A stretch of DNA of 64,000 nt from Octopus vulgaris (GCA_951406725.2 OX597818.1:22630001-22694000); one strand, 5' to 3'; shown: positions 27,801 to 42,245, numbered from the stretch's first letter. Program-made: numbers and translations. Notes: a model not told the origin generated them from the letters alone.

Positions 27801-27843
<43 letters not shown>

Positions 27844-28107
27844 CGGGGTTGTAATGGTGGTGGTGTTTTGGTGAGGGTAATGATGATAAAGGAAAAGAAT
27901 AATAAAAACAATAATAACAATATTAGTAATCAGTACAAAACTTGAAGTTAAGTACATCGTGGGGGAAAGGTTTTTAGATAAAGAGAAAATAACATAAAAG
28001 GATAAAAAGAAACAACAAACGAAAGATGAAATGAAAGAGAAAAATCAGAAAAGAAGACCAAAAAAAAAAAAAAAAACACCAAAGAAAAAGGGAGGTTGAG
28101 AAAACCT

Positions 28108-28217
28108 TGGCATGGTCAATATCCTGCAAGACTGGACAAAGGCGAAATTAACCTTCAATAAGTCTGGACTAAAAGCCGAAACAGAAGATTCGATTTTAAC
28201 TGCGTAAGATCAATGGT

Positions 28218-28254
<37 letters not shown>

Positions 28255-28730
28255 CTAAGATAAATAATAAAGCAAGATTTTAACATCGGCTACAGATTAT
28301 GTAATTAACATAAATAAATATTTAATCATATTTCCAGCTGCTTAGTGTACTGAAAGACAGAATAATGCATGCTTAGATATATTACTATATTAGTGGCTAT
28401 AGCATTTGGGCAATGTGAAGAGAATTTTCTTTATGAAAATTGAGAATAAAAGGTACAAAAATACCCCCAACTAAACAATAGAACAAAAGAAAATGCACTC
28501 TATCAGTTAAGTGTTAATGTTATGGCTAAGTTTTTCTAAGATATGACAAGAAAAATGAACGAAAACCATCTGTATATTCTAATCAAAAACCAAAAAAAAA
28601 ATCTTAAGCACTTTCATAGACATGTCTTTCTTTGTTCACTAAAATATGATCCTGGGAGGTCGAAAAGCTTTCGAAAGTACATGGATGTAAAAATGGTGAG
28701 GTACATTAATAAATAATGTCCCGGGTATGT
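28108..28730 (+). pseudogene. Highly decayed R4/Dong-like non-LTR fragment
   Basis: WHGQY and SGLKAETEDSILTA*DQ resemble the R4/Dong post-RT region. Confidence 0.55.
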
Positions 28731-28772
28731 TGAAGAAGACCGTTAACAAAAACAACCTATAGAAAGGTTCTG

Positions 28773-29419
28773 GGATCTTTACCTTTTGACGTACAGATTA
28801 AAAAAAATTATTTTTTGTAACTAAACACTTTCAAATTTCGGACACTGATAGAATGCGTCATATAAAACATGTTTTACTCTTAGCATTTTTGAGAAAAACT
28901 TATATTTACGAAGTAATTTCACGTTAAAGTTTTCGTATTTCGGTAATTTCAACCAATCAATGACGTGTATTCAGCTGAATAAAATTACTGCCGTTGTTTG
29001 TCAACAACTATCAGCGGTGTATTTTTCGTTTGTCACCGTTATTTATGACATCCTTCGTGCGTTTGTACTGGTTTTAGCTTTAAGGTTTTAGGGTTAGGGT
29101 GTTGGGGTCAGGGTTTGGGATTTAGGGTTAGAGTTAGGGTTGTCATAAATAACAGTGACAAACGAAAAATACACCACCCGAAGTTCTTGTTGACAAACAA
29201 CGGGAGTAATTTTATTCAGCTGAATACACGTCATTGATTGATTGAAATTACCGAAATACGAGAACTTTAACGTGAAATTACTTCGTAAATATAAGTTTTT
29301 CTCAAAATGCTAAGAGTAAAACATGTTTTATATGACACATTCTACTAGTGTCCGAAATTTGAAAGTGTTTAGCTACAAAAAATTATTTTTTAAATCTGTA
29401 CGTCAAAAGGTAAAGATCC
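28773..29419. mobile_element. Palindromic Merlin-like MITE with TTAGGG-like loop
   Basis: About 280-bp inverted arms start ggatctttaccttttgacgtacaga. Imperfect TSD aggttctg/gggctctg. Loop has ttaggg variants at 29073-29141. Confidence 0.85.
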
Positions 29420-29444
29420 GGGCTCTGACCTTAGTTAAGTCCTT

Positions 29445-29645
29445 TCTAATTTTGGTATAAAGTCAGCAGTTTTGAAGTGTGTAGGAAGTTGATTTCATCG
29501 ACCCCATTAGTACTCAACTGGTACTTTATTTCATCCACCCCAAAAGGATGCAGGGCAGTTGACCGTGGCAGAACTTGCACTGAGAACGAAGCCGGAAGAA
29601 ATACTGCTAAGCAGTTTGTCCGGCGCGGTAACGCTTCTGCCAGCC
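29445..29645 (-). mobile_element. SINE family S2
   Basis: Shared core aactggtactttattt..aaaggatg..ctgccagc. Confidence 0.7.
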
Positions 29646-30160
29646 TTTCGAACTTTGCCATTTTATAATCTCTCTCTCTCTCTCCCCCTCTCCTTCCCCT
29701 AATAACCATGCTAAGCTTCACTTCTTAAAATATTTCCAATAAAAATAAAACAAAACGATAGATTCAGCAGATTATGCACAATCGTTACTAATAAGAAATA
29801 TTCCTTGGTAATGCTTCGTTTAAGGTATATAAAATTGCCAAAAAAAAAACAAAAAAAAAAGCAAGGAAATATATGAAGCTGAAATAAAATGAAAAACTCT
29901 TAAATGAAAACCTCTGATTCAATAAAGCTGAATTTCTAATTTCTTTACATATTTGATAAATGGTTGAACGTGTATGACCAAAATCTGTAATAGCGTCGAG
30001 GTGATCTTTTCAAGGGAATTACTTTCTAAGAGATATTCACCAGAAAACTCTAGATATTTTGACATTGTTATCCCATGGCATGCTTTTTAAGTATCTGGAT
30101 TTCAAATAAATAAATATATAAACAAATAAAATTACACACACACACATACACACATATATA

Positions 30161-30540
30161 TGGCGTGAGGTAAGAAGCTTGCATCCCAGCCACATGGTTT
30201 CAGGTTCAGTCTCATTGTGTAGTACCTTGGGCAAGTGTCTTCTACTATGGCCTCGGGCCTTTCAAAGCCTTGTGAGTGGGTTCAGGAGACGAAAACGTTG
30301 TGTGTCTGTGAGCGCACATTTGTGTGTGCATGTGTGTCCATATATCTATGTGCGTGTGTCTGTGTTTGACAACCGGTGTTGGTGTGTTTACGTTCTCTGT
30401 TCAGCAACGGAAACCAATAGATTAAGTACCAGGCTTTAAAAAATAAGTACCGAAGTCGAATTATTCGCCTAAAAATTCTTCAAGGCAGTGCCACAGCATG
30501 GCCGCAGTCTAATGACTGAAACAAGTAAAAGGTAAAAGAT
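30161..30540 (+). mobile_element. SINE family S1
   Basis: S1 head, core and tail motifs. Confidence 0.85.
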
Positions 30541-30769
30541 TAAAAAAGTCACAAAACACACCCGAACTTTTGAGAAAATACCCTCAAATGTATTTTTCTT
30601 CTTATATGCTCGCAGAACAGCGAGCGATTTATTAAAACAGTGATGTACGTATTCATTCTTAATATGTTCCAGCAGATTTGAGCGTGAATATGTTAATCGC
30701 TGTTGTATTTCACCTTCAGTGAACATCTCCATTCAAACGATGTGTGTTGGCAACACACTCGATTTATTC

Positions 30770-31233
30770 TTTTCTACTCTAGGCACAAGGCCCGAAATAG
30801 TTTGGGGGAGGGGGCCAGTCGATTATATCGACCCCAGTACGCAACTGGTACTTAATTTATCGACTCCGAAAGGATGAAAGGCAAAGTCGACCTCGGCGGA
30901 ATTTGAGCCCAGAACGTAACGGCAGATGAAATACCTATTTCTTTATTACCCACAAGGGGCTAAACACAGAGGGGACAAACAAGGACAGACATAGGTATTA
31001 AGTCGATCACATCGACCCCAGTGCGTAACTGGTACTTAATTTATCGACCCCGAAAGGATGAAAGGCAAAGTCGACCTCGGCGGAATTTGAACTCACAACG
31101 TAACGCAGACGAAATACCGCTAAGCATTTCGCCCGGCGTGCTAACGTTTCTGCCAGCTCGCCGCCTTAGGCAGATGAAATACTGCTAAGCATTTCGCCCG
31201 ACGTGCTAATCTTTCTGCCAGCTCGCTGCCTTA
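30770..31233 (-). mobile_element. SINE S2 (30935-31168) nested in another S2 copy
   Basis: 14-bp TSD ggcagatgaaatac at 30921-30934 and 31169-31182. Confidence 0.9.
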
Positions 31234-31571
31234 CACACTCGCTTTATTGACGTAAGGGATCTTTGAGACACCAGTGTTTCCACCTAGTAGTGTCTCTTCA
31301 GTTAAAACTACTCCCGCATCAGCGCATCTAAATAAGAGATGGTGGCACTTGTTTATTGAATTCTGCAGATACTATTTGCTGACGCGTGCTGATATCTGCC
31401 AAATCGATAATCATCATGTGTACATAGAACAACGAGAATCAAAATGATCAAGTGCATAATTATATTGAATAGTTCTGACAGATCCCTTCCTTTCCTCCTA
31501 CCTACCTACCTACCTACCTACCTACCTACCTACCTACCTACCTACCTACCTACCTACCGTTCCTTCCTATC

Positions 31572-31659
<88 letters not shown>

Positions 31660-31812
31660 GCGAGGAAAAGTGAATGAAAGCAGCCGTAATTATAAGTAGG
31701 ACAAGAAAAAAATGAAGAACGGAAAAATATTAACTTGACTTTCCTGAATTAAGGAAACGAATATGCAAATACTTCAAAGGAGGTAAATCATACCATTATC
31801 TAAGTAACTCAC

Positions 31813-31876
<64 letters not shown>

Positions 31877-32393
31877 TACTACTACTACTACTACTATTTT
31901 CAAACCAATGTTCGGATTTCTGTGCTGTGAACATCAGAGACTCCAATTAGACCAAAAGGGAGGAAAAAATGTAAAAATTTGTTTTTGTCTTTCTCATCCA
32001 ACCAAAATATAAATTAAAAAAAAAAAAGAATTTTCTTGCACAATTAGAATTTCCGATTTTGAAAACACGAAAACTCGAAAACTGTTCTGAAAAGAAAACA
32101 AAAAAACCATTAAGAAAAGCATGCACAAGAAAGTAGTATGGAAAAAAAGTAAGTCAAATTTTTTTTCAAAAATTAGATAGTGGTATGGTTTACTTATTTT
32201 AAAACATTTACATATTTGTTTCGGTAATCCAGGAACGCAGAGTTAGATTTTGAAATTTCCATTATCCCTGACCGCCATGTTAATTCCGTTTCATTCACTT
32301 TTTCCATATAATCATAATACGTACTTACATAAGAGCATGCATACATATGTTCGAATGTGTGTGTGTGTGTGTGTATGCGTATATTTGTATGTA

Positions 32394-32524
<131 letters not shown>

Positions 32525-32538
32525 TTCGACAAGTTATA

Positions 32539-32702
32539 GGCGTAGGAGTGGTTGTGTGGTCAGTAGCTTGCTTTTCAACGACATGATTCAGGGTTCAGTC
32601 CCACCACGTGGCACCTTGGGCAAGTGTCTTCTACTATAGCGTCGGGCCGACCAAAAGCCTTGTGAGTGGATTTGGTAGACGGAAACTGAAAGAAGCCCGT
32701 CT
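32539..32702 (+). mobile_element. SINE family S1, 5' half
   Basis: ggcgtaggagtggttgtgtgg..ggaaactgaaagaagcccgtc. Confidence 0.85.
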
Positions 32703-32726
32703 AACATATGTATGTATATATATAAA

Positions 32727-32837
32727 TACAAACTGGGACAAGAACGCAAAACATTTAGAAGACGATACAAAAATTCGAAGCCTTCAATCTTCAGTTAAGA
32801 ACCGGATCATACTCGCAATTTCGGCTGATTAATCTTA
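32727..32837 (-). mobile_element. Family B short element with truncated permuted hammerhead
   Basis: Minus strand: taaga ttaat cagcc GAAAU tgc .. tcttaa CUGAAGA ttgaa ggc. Confidence 0.6.
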
Positions 32838-32873
32838 TATATATATATATATATTGTGTTTTCATGTTTGGAT

Positions 32874-32904
<31 letters not shown>

Positions 32905-33099
32905 GCATACGAATGCATACACATATACGTACATATGTATGCATGCTTGCGTGACTATATGTTTCTTTATACGCTTGTATGCCTTTATGTATGTTCTTCT
33001 CTTTCCCTTTTTAATTTCAGAGTAAATTTTGACCGGTCACCTTCTTGGTAACAAGGCTGTGAATGAAAGTATCTTCTGTTAACCATCTTTAAATCTTAA

Positions 33100-33500
33100 G
33101 AAGTTCTTGCAGGTTTTTATAGTCCCAGATTACGTGATCATTTCTAATGTATGAATTAAGGATTTGCATTCTCTCCCCAAGATCCCACGTTTGTCATACT
33201 TTGCTCCAGACGGGTTAGTATGCATCCTGTTGCTCCAATAATAATAGGTATGAAGCTTAAAGTGTATATCTTGGGTACTGGATTTGCAAAACCATAGCAA
33301 TGGTCCATAGATGTCCTCTTTCTCTTGTATTTTTCTAACATTGGTGTTCAGGGGAAGAACATATCTTTTACTTGTGGTTCCACACAACATTTTGCCGGTT
33401 GTGTTTTAACTTGGTGGCTGTTTTAAGTTTTAAATTCCACCAGTATTCTTTTGATCAATCCGTCTCAATATAGTCAACTTCTTTTGTAGGTATTTTCATG
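33100..33500 (-). pseudogene. RLE-type non-LTR retrotransposon 3' fragment
   Basis: KEDIYGPLL and FIPIIIGATG are typical of a restriction-like endonuclease C-terminus. Confidence 0.55.
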
Positions 33501-33559
33501 TTTATTATTCTGTTTCAGGCCGTTTTGGCCAACATATTATGCCTCGTGGTGTACGTATG

Positions 33560-33607
<48 letters not shown>

Positions 33608-33699
33608 AATGTATGTATGTATGTATGTATGTATGTATGTATGTATGTATGTATGTATGTATGTATGTATGTATGTATGTATGTATCTATGTATGTATG

Positions 33700-34313
33700 T
33701 GTTGTGTGAACGTCCCCAGACGATAAGTAGGCTAGTCCAATACGTATAAATAGTGGACGTGATAGCTAGTCGTAGATGCGTCGGGTAGAGCGAGCCAGAG
33801 TCATCGGTAGACTAGGCGTCGAGTTCTGTTGAGTCGAGTCGTCGGAAGTGAGAGTTCGGTAGTTGAGTAGAGGTACGTTATTGGCGAAGGCACGCCATCC
33901 GAACGTGCGATATAACAGTATGGATGTATGTATTATTGAATGGATTGCATGTGATTTACCATGGACAATTGTAAAAGTCGATATTACTAACATTTAAATT
34001 CATTTAGCTTACGTGTGAAGAAAAACTCCACAATTCGTCAGGAAGTTCTAGAGCCATGGATGAGAACGAATTCCAGTAACATGTGGAATCGTCAACAATA
34101 TCACACCGTTCTGCTGTGGATCCCGAAATTGCAAACATGACCAAACTGGAAAGATAAACACTTACGCTAAAACAAGCCACGAAGAAATGACGAAGCGTGC
34201 CACACTCTAAGATTTACCAATCCACGCATACACACCCATTAAGGCTCATCCGCCAGATGTTATTGAGGATGACCGCGAAGGAAATACCCTGTCATTAAAT
34301 TAACTCTAGCAAC
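33700..34313 (+). mobile_element. Possible LTR remnant
   Basis: tgttg...caaca termini and a TATA-like tataaat. No TSD verified. Confidence 0.3.
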
Positions 34314-34319
34314 AGACGG

Positions 34320-34540
34320 TAGTGTATTTCTAAAAGAAGAAATTATCCAAATATATAGCACTAGAAACAGAGATAATTAGAATGTGAGAAATGAAAACAG
34401 AAACAATCCCTATAATAATACACGTCTTGGGAATTATTAAAAACTCACAAAATCATGAGGACTCGTACTTGTACACATCATACAGGAAATAACACTGTTA
34501 AGAACTGCATCCATATTACATAGAGTATTCTCTGTGGAAT
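34320..34540 (+). pseudogene. R4/Dong-like 3' coding fragment
   Basis: KLSKYIALETEIIRM*EMKTETIPIII..LGII and IQEITLLRTASILHRVFS. Confidence 0.65.
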
Positions 34541-34829
34541 AGAAACAAAACTCCGCATTTGTTTGAGGTGCAGAAAGACGCGCAAAAGTAATATAGTTAA
34601 AGCACTCAGTACAAAATGAGTTTACAGAAAAATGATATGTCTGTTATTGCTATTATACTATTAGGGTATATTTTTCGTTATGATTTATTTTTTAGTTCTG
34701 GGTTCAAATCCCATCGATGCCGACTTGCCCTTCCTTCCTTCCTTCCTTCCTTCCTTCCTTCCTTCCTTCCTTCCTTCCTTCCTTAACTTCTTCTAGAGTC
34801 ATCCATGAATATGCTAGACTCATGGATAT

Positions 34830-36055
34830 GTCACTAATCTTCGCCAATACAGACATCTCTCAGACACTAGGCCAAAAGAAGAGAGCATAGCAAAAAAGTG
34901 GTGACTTAGAACGATGCGAATAATGGTTTTAACATCGCCAGTTCTTGGTACTTAACCCTACTAAATGCACTGCTTGAAATTTTGGTGAAGGTGATCGGGA
35001 AGTAGATAGAAGTGGAACTGAGACGTGTAATGACATGTGTGGATGACGTCACCGTCATGGTGTTGCGCATAAGGAAAATCGAAGTGGTTGGCATCATACC
35101 GAAGGAATACGAGGTGAAAACAGAAGTATGCATTAATCCAGATAAAACGCTTAGAGAGTCTATGCCACCAGACAGTGATGTTGATCACTCATGTGAAGGT
35201 CCTATTACAATGCTTGGGACCTAGTTCGGACCAGATCTCTTGATGAATACGTACTGAGATGATGTTACGCGCAGGGTGACAAGTCTCACTCATAAATGAG
35301 CGAGAAGAAACGATTTCTAAACGATCGGGCAGAATGATGAAGTCATACCATCGACATTTTACTGCCTGACTGGCGTACCTTGCCCTATTTTTCGTCTGAC
35401 CGAATTTGAGAGACTGCTCTTGTATTTATTGTGAAAGAGACGCTTTCCCTGGTCAGATGATCCATTTCCTACCAACAGTTTATACTCTGGGGGTCGATAT
35501 GTCGTGCCTTATGATACACTGAGACTACAGTATAAGAGCTGGATATTGTCACCGTTTGCGAGGTAAGTTTTCTCGTATCTTGTATCATTAAAAGAGCTGT
35601 AGCTCTGCGTTAATCAAAGACCAAAATTAAGTACCTGGGCATCTGGAACATTGTCAGGTGTTCTCATTTCTTTAGTGAGTTCGGCAGTGCGTGTAACTGA
35701 ACCTCTACATTAGCATTTTATGGCGGACTATTGCGGCAGGGGAGAGCACTGAAATTTTAAAAGAGGCTTTGGGCATCGACAAAGTCCCACTGAAAATCTG
35801 GTTTGGAGAATTTCCAGCCTGGGAACTGTAGGTAGCTTTCAAAAATCCCTGGCTTCGCTGCACTACCGTGCCTCATTGTTGGTTCGAAACGAAGATTACA
35901 GATATGCAAGTACCGTCAGCATATCCAAGATGGGTACCGGGCAACGATATCGACCCGCACGAACTCGTTCAATGTCGGTGTATTGCTGACTGGTAAAATT
36001 ATGTGGAAGGACAGGTGTCTTGTGCGGGACTGATCTGGTTATCAACTGAGTTCGT
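34830..36055 (+). pseudogene. Decayed L1/Tx1-like LINE ORF2 fragment
   Basis: CVDDVTVMV (YxDD-like), INPDKT and GPITMLGT*FGPD. Confidence 0.65.
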
Positions 36056-36799
36056 CATGGGGATTGCCTCACCGCCTTCTTTTAGCTGGAAAAGAATAGG
36101 CAGTTTTCTTCATCATCATCATCATCATCATCATCACCACCACCACCATCAACCATCACCACCATTACCAAAATCTTCACCACCACCACCACCACCACCA
36201 CCACCACCACCACCACCACCACCACCAAACAACAACAACAACACCATCAGCACCATCAGCAACGCCACTATCATGATCATCATCATGATGACCATGATCA
36301 CCATGATCATCTTCTTACTGCCGACATTGTTGATATTATTTCGGTTGGATTAAAATCTGGTATTATTCAGTGAAAAAAAAAGACAACAAAGTCAAATCTA
36401 AAATCCCAACAGTAACAACAACAACAACAAAAGACCAGCCTTCCATTTATTTCAAAGTCGTCTGCATCCATTGAAAACACACCACAACACTGCACTCCAT
36501 TATCCCAGCACACACTACACTCTTGTAAGTTGGTTTTGTCCTTTTGCTTTTTGCCTCTTCGCTCTCTGTCCTCTGGCTTTTGTTCTCTACATACATACGT
36601 ACATACTTACACGCATATATACATACACACTCATATACATACATGCACACACTCACATTCATTCTCATAATATATGTGTGTGCGTGTGTGTGTGTATGTA
36701 TATGTGTGTGTTTGTGCGTGTAAAAAACTTGGATAACGTTATAAGGCTTAGTCGAATATAGTTATGCTATATCGAGTACTTTTTCTCTAAGCCATTTCA

Positions 36800-36865
<66 letters not shown>

Positions 36866-36983
36866 TGTATGTATGTATGTATGTATGTATGTATGTATGT
36901 ATGTATATATATATCTGTATGTGATGTATGTATGTATATATATGCATGTATGTATATGTGAAAAGATGTGAAAACAGTATGTG

Positions 36984-37046
<63 letters not shown>

Positions 37047-37845
37047 CATATATATATATACACACATTCATATATATATATATACATACATGCATGCATC
37101 CATCCATACATACATAATATATATATACATACATATATATATATGTATCATCCATCCATCTATACATACATACATACATATATATATATATTATGTATGT
37201 ATGTATGTATGGAAGGATGGATTGATGCATGTATGTATGTATGTATATATATATATATATGTATTTATAGATAGATAGATAGATAGATATAGATATATAG
37301 ATCTATATATACCTATGTAACTATCAATGTATCCATCCACCTCTCTCCCTCTCTCTCTCTGTATACATATACATATATATATATATACATATATATATAT
37401 ACATATATACACATATATGTATATATATATATATATATATATAACTAGATAGATTGATCTCTATATACTTATGTATCTATTTACCTATCTCTCTCTCTTA
37501 CTCTATCTCTCTCATTCTCTCTTCCCTCCCTCCATCTATCTATCTATCGATCGATCGATCTATCTATCTACACATCAGGTTAAAGTGTGTCCGAACTTAT
37601 CAAACTTTCCATTCACCTTACCTGCCTACCTGATATCTCTGTCTGTCTATGTACCAAGACATCTGACTTTCTCCAGTCTAATATATTTCTGCATAACAGT
37701 TACCTCTTCCCATTACCCCCCATGTCACGCACTCTTTCCCCCCACTTCCTTCCTCTCCTCTCTGTTTGTCCGTCTCTCGCTCTCTGTCACATTCTCTCCC
37801 CCGCCTCACACTCTCTCACGCTCATGTAATCTCTCTTTTTTTTTT

Positions 37846-37876
<31 letters not shown>

Positions 37877-38039
37877 CCTTCTCTCACTCCACTAACTTTT
37901 GCGCGATCTTACCGTATAATTTCGTCATTGCAAAAGATCAAAGGGTATTTTAGCGCTGCACTGAGCACTTGCACATTGGTGGAGCTAGGTAGGCAGGAGG
38001 GCTTATCGTTCATATTATTGATAATACAAATAAAGTTGT

Positions 38040-38336
38040 CGTTGTTGTTGTTGTTGTTGTTGCTGTTGTTGTTATTGCTGCTGCTGCTGCTGCTGTTGTG
38101 ATTACTTGCTTCGGAAGTACACAGAGCAAAATCGGAACAATACGGAGATTACCATCACCACCACACCATCACCACAGTCACCATCCTCCTCATCCTTCTC
38201 CCCCCCATCATCATCATCATCATCATTTTCCTGACGACGACGATGCTGATGTTGGTGGTGATGGTGATGGTGGTGGTAGTGGTGGTGGTGGTGGTGGTGG
38301 TGATGATGATGGTGATTATGATGGTGATGATTATGA

Positions 38337-38369
<33 letters not shown>

Positions 38370-38669
38370 TGATGATGATGATGATCACGATCATGGTCAT
38401 CATCATCATCATCATCGTCATCATAATCCTCGCCGTCATCATTTATATTAACTATTGTCGTTGTCGAGTTTGTGATTGAAGTTATATATAACTTATCTGT
38501 TTATTAACATTTTTCTGATCTGTCATTTTCGCATATTTATTGCAACTGTTGTAGTTGCTGCTTGCTGCATTTGCTGCTGTTGTTGTTCTTGTTGTTGCTG
38601 TTGTTGTTGTTGTTGTTGTTATCACTGCCCTTTTTATTATTGTTATTCTTGCAGCAGCAGCAGCAGCAT

Positions 38670-38709
<40 letters not shown>

Positions 38710-38896
38710 GGTGGTGGTGGTGGTTATAGTGGTGATGGTAGTGGAAGTAGTAGTAGTGGTGGTAGTAGTAGTAGTAGTGGTGGTGGTGGTGGTGGTGATA
38801 GTAGTAGTGGTAGTAGTAGTAGTAGTGGTGGTTGTGGTAGTGGTGGTAGTAGTAGTGGTATTAGTAGTAGTGGAAGTAGTAGTAGTGGTAGTAGTC

Positions 38897-38964
<68 letters not shown>

Positions 38965-38984
38965 GGTGGTGGGTAGTGGTAGTG

Positions 38985-39028
<44 letters not shown>

Positions 39029-39029
39029 G

Positions 39030-39105
<76 letters not shown>

Positions 39106-39540
39106 CAGCCGCAGTAGCAGCAGCAAGAGTACAAGTAGTAGTCGTTATTTTTTTTTCTGTTGGTGCTGTTCTAAACTGTTGTTGTTGCTATTGTTGTAGT
39201 TCGTTCTCGTCCGGTTGTTCTTGTTATTGTAATTTTCTGTACCTTTTGTTGTAGTTGTTGTCATTATTAATGCTAATGTCATTGTTGTCAATATATTATT
39301 GATATTGTCGTCGTCGTCGTCGTCGTCGTTGTTGTTGTTGTTGTTATCGTTGATGTTTCTCTTGTTGTTGTTGCTTCTGTCTAGACCCAACATTCCTTTG
39401 TATTTTTCATCCAATATGCTTTTGTTGTTGTTGTTGTTTTCTTTTCATCTTTTGTCCCCTTTGTTGTTGTAGCTGTTGTTGATACAGTTATTGTTGTTGT
39501 TGCTGTTGTGATTATTAATCTTGTTACAGTGGTTGTTCTT
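38040..39540. repeat. Compound trinucleotide low-complexity block (GTT/CAT/GAT/GAC/AGT/GGT)
   Basis: Directly visible. Confidence 0.95.
38103..38151 (+). pseudogene. U6 snRNA 5' fragment (degenerate)
   Basis: tacttgcttcggaagtacacagagcaaaatcggaacaatacggagatta aligns with the U6 5' end (GCUUCGGC hairpin, AAAAUUGGAACGAUACAGAGAAGAUUA). The ACAGAGA box is damaged. Confidence 0.7.
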
Positions 39541-39547
39541 GTTTTTT

Positions 39548-39585
<38 letters not shown>

Positions 39586-39843
39586 CTTCTCTCTTGTTTT
39601 TGGTTGTTTTTTTTTTGTTTTATTTGTCATCCCAAGAATTCTATAAAAGAATTCTCTGGAAATCAAAAGGAGGAGGGGAGAAGAAGGAGGAGGAGGATGA
39701 GGAGGAGAGATGAAAAGGACAGAGAGAAAACACATTTTATTTGAAGAATGTCATAGCAGTGTATTTCTGGTGCATTTCTGTTGATGATTTTCGATTAGAG
39801 ACGGGGTGGGGTATTGAAATGTGTCGATGATTTATCATTATTA

Positions 39844-39904
<61 letters not shown>

Positions 39905-39906
39905 TA

Positions 39907-39947
<41 letters not shown>

Positions 39948-39949
<2 letters not shown>

Positions 39950-40125
39950 GGCAATGCTGGCTGAATCGTTAGCATGCCGGACGAAATGATTAGCAGTATT
40001 TCGTCTGTCTCCACGTTCTGAGTTCAAATTCCGCCGAGATTGACTTCGCCTTTCATCCTTTCGGGATCGATAAATTAAGTATCAGTCAAGTACTGGGGTC
40101 GATGTGATCGACTTACTCCTCTCCA
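39948..40125 (+). mobile_element. SINE family S2
   Basis: gaatcgttagc..gttctgagttcaaattccgccgag..tcgataaattaagta. Confidence 0.85.
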
Positions 40126-40140
40126 CAACATTATTATTAT

Positions 40141-40645
40141 TGAGTGAGAGAGCAGTGCATGCCATCAAAGTGACACTGGGGTAAAATATACGAAGCCCAA
40201 TATACCCATCATGACTACCCGTCTGATAAGGGTACACCAGGGACATGCATCACATGTGTGCGACATGGTGATCTCACATCAAGATAAACAGCACATGACC
40301 TTGCAGGTGGGGCCCAGTTAGAATTTTCTTTTGGTCAAGTAACCCATCCCGCTCAAAAAGTCCCTGAATAAGGGTTGTTTAGGGATGTTGAACGAAACAC
40401 CCATGTTTCCAGAGGTGAACTATTCAAACCCCAAAGAATCCCTCTCAACACATGGCTATGATGTTCCCCCACTACTTCTGCTCGTGATCAGAGATGCACA
40501 TATTGTCATCCATTAAGGGACATGCTCATCTGGTTAAGGTCAAACAACTGACAAGCAAATCTGTGGTATTGAGCAGAATATTTGCTGTAGCCCACCTTTT
40601 ATACCAAGACAAAACAATGTGCATGATAACACTTCCAGTCAGTTT
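40141..40645 (-). mobile_element. ~530-bp non-coding (TAA)n-associated retroposon, copy 1
   Basis: Similar to 40685-41213 and 42317-42735. Minus strand ends ctctctcactca-(ata)n. Confidence 0.75.
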
Positions 40646-40684
40646 TATTATCATCATCATCATCATCATCATCATTATTATTAT

Positions 40685-41213
40685 TGAGTGAGAGAGCAGT
40701 GCAAGCCATCAAAGTGACACTGGGGTAAAATATATGAAACCCAGTATGCACATCATGACTAGACATCTGATAGGGGTATACCAGGAACATGCATCACAAC
40801 CATATGTGCGCGACATAGTGATCTCATATCAAGATAAACAGCGCTTGACCTTGCAGGTGGGGCCCAGTTAATTTCTTCAGATCGAGTAGTCCATCCCGCT
40901 CAAAAGGTCTCTGAATAAGGATTGTTTAAGGATGTAGAACGAAATACCTATGTTTCCAGAGGTGAATTATCCAAACCCCAAAGAATTCCTCTCAACACAT
41001 GGCTATGATGCTCCCCCTCTACTTCTGCTTGTGAACAGAGATGCAGATATCGTCAGCCACTAAGGGACATGCTCAACTGGTTAAGGTCAAACAATTGACA
41101 AGAAAATCTGTAGCCCATCATTTTATACCAAGGCAAAACATATACATGATAACACTTCCAATCAGTTAAGACTAGAAGCCATGAGAGCCAGTGCCTGGTA
41201 CTGCATCAGGACA
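40685..41213 (-). mobile_element. ~530-bp non-coding (TAA)n-associated retroposon, copy 2
   Basis: Same family, with (TTA)n on both sides. Confidence 0.75.
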
Positions 41214-41240
41214 TTTATTATTATTATTATTATCATTATT

Positions 41241-42245
41241 ATAGACGTCGCACAGTATACAAAATCGTGAGATTGTTGATTGAAGATATCGTGTCTACCG
41301 GGGTTTTGTAATGTTTGTCAAGTCACAACAACGACCTCAGACAGTACTTTACGCAATATGAGTGCAATTCCAAGTATTGTCGACTTTTGCAATACACATA
41401 GATTGTAGGGTATTTCTAAAGTTTTCAGATGTTTTTTTCAGATCGAGTGGTATTGAATCCTATGCTCCGATGACAATAGGGATAATCTTTATGTTTGACT
41501 CTCGTAGCTGCTACATTTTAGCGATCTCAATTCTCAGGTCTCCATATTTATCAACCTTTTCATGATATGTAGATCTCCTGGTACTGCCACGTCAATTATT
41601 AGGCATTCTTGTTTGTCCCTCCTAAAGGTTACTATATCCGGCCTTCGGTATTGTCTATTTTTGTTAAATCCTTCTGCATTAGCAGCATACTATAGCAGGT
41701 CTTATTTGCTGTTTACCAATTATTCTGTCATGTATCTTCTTTCGCTGTTGATGCACTCTCGTACGCTAATCAGCCTACGTCCACCTTTATCCTTCTTCAT
41801 GTAGAACCTGTGTACATTTGCCTTAGAGTGGAGGGCACCATACATTGTTATTATCTTTCGGGTAGTGCGATTGAGTTGGTTTATCTCCGCTTGTGTCCAT
41901 TTCAGGATGGGTGCACTATAGCGTACTACCAATATTTTGATGGCAGTCACAAGATTTCTTGGGTTGAGTTTTGATTCAAGAGAAGTTAAAGGCGCTTGAA
42001 ATATGCAGTCATGACTCTGTCTTTCATTTCTTTATGAAAGATATTGTCCAGCTCCAGGATTCCAAAGATACGTGTACCCATCATCATCCGGGTCTTCCAT
42101 TCTCTCTCCGTTTGGAAATTCTATGCCTCTACAATTTACTCTTTTCCCCCGCTTCAAAGTAAGCACCGCACACTTCGAAATACTGAACTCTATCCCTATA
42201 TCCTTGTTGCACATTTGGACAGTCTCAACTAGCCTTTCCATTTAA
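41241..42245 (-). pseudogene. R4/Dong-like non-LTR retrotransposon, 5'-truncated, RT C-terminus + RLE
   Basis: DIGIEFSISKCA..YSAPILKWTQAEI..KGGRRLISV, then RPDIV..CLIIDVAVPGD..KVDKYGDL..IIPIVIGA. Flanked by (TTA)n. Confidence 0.9.

Noticed and set aside
38476-39254. Gly/Ser-rich or poly-Val ORFs resembling structural proteins
   Set aside because: Open in several frames and both strands because of AGT/GGT repeats.
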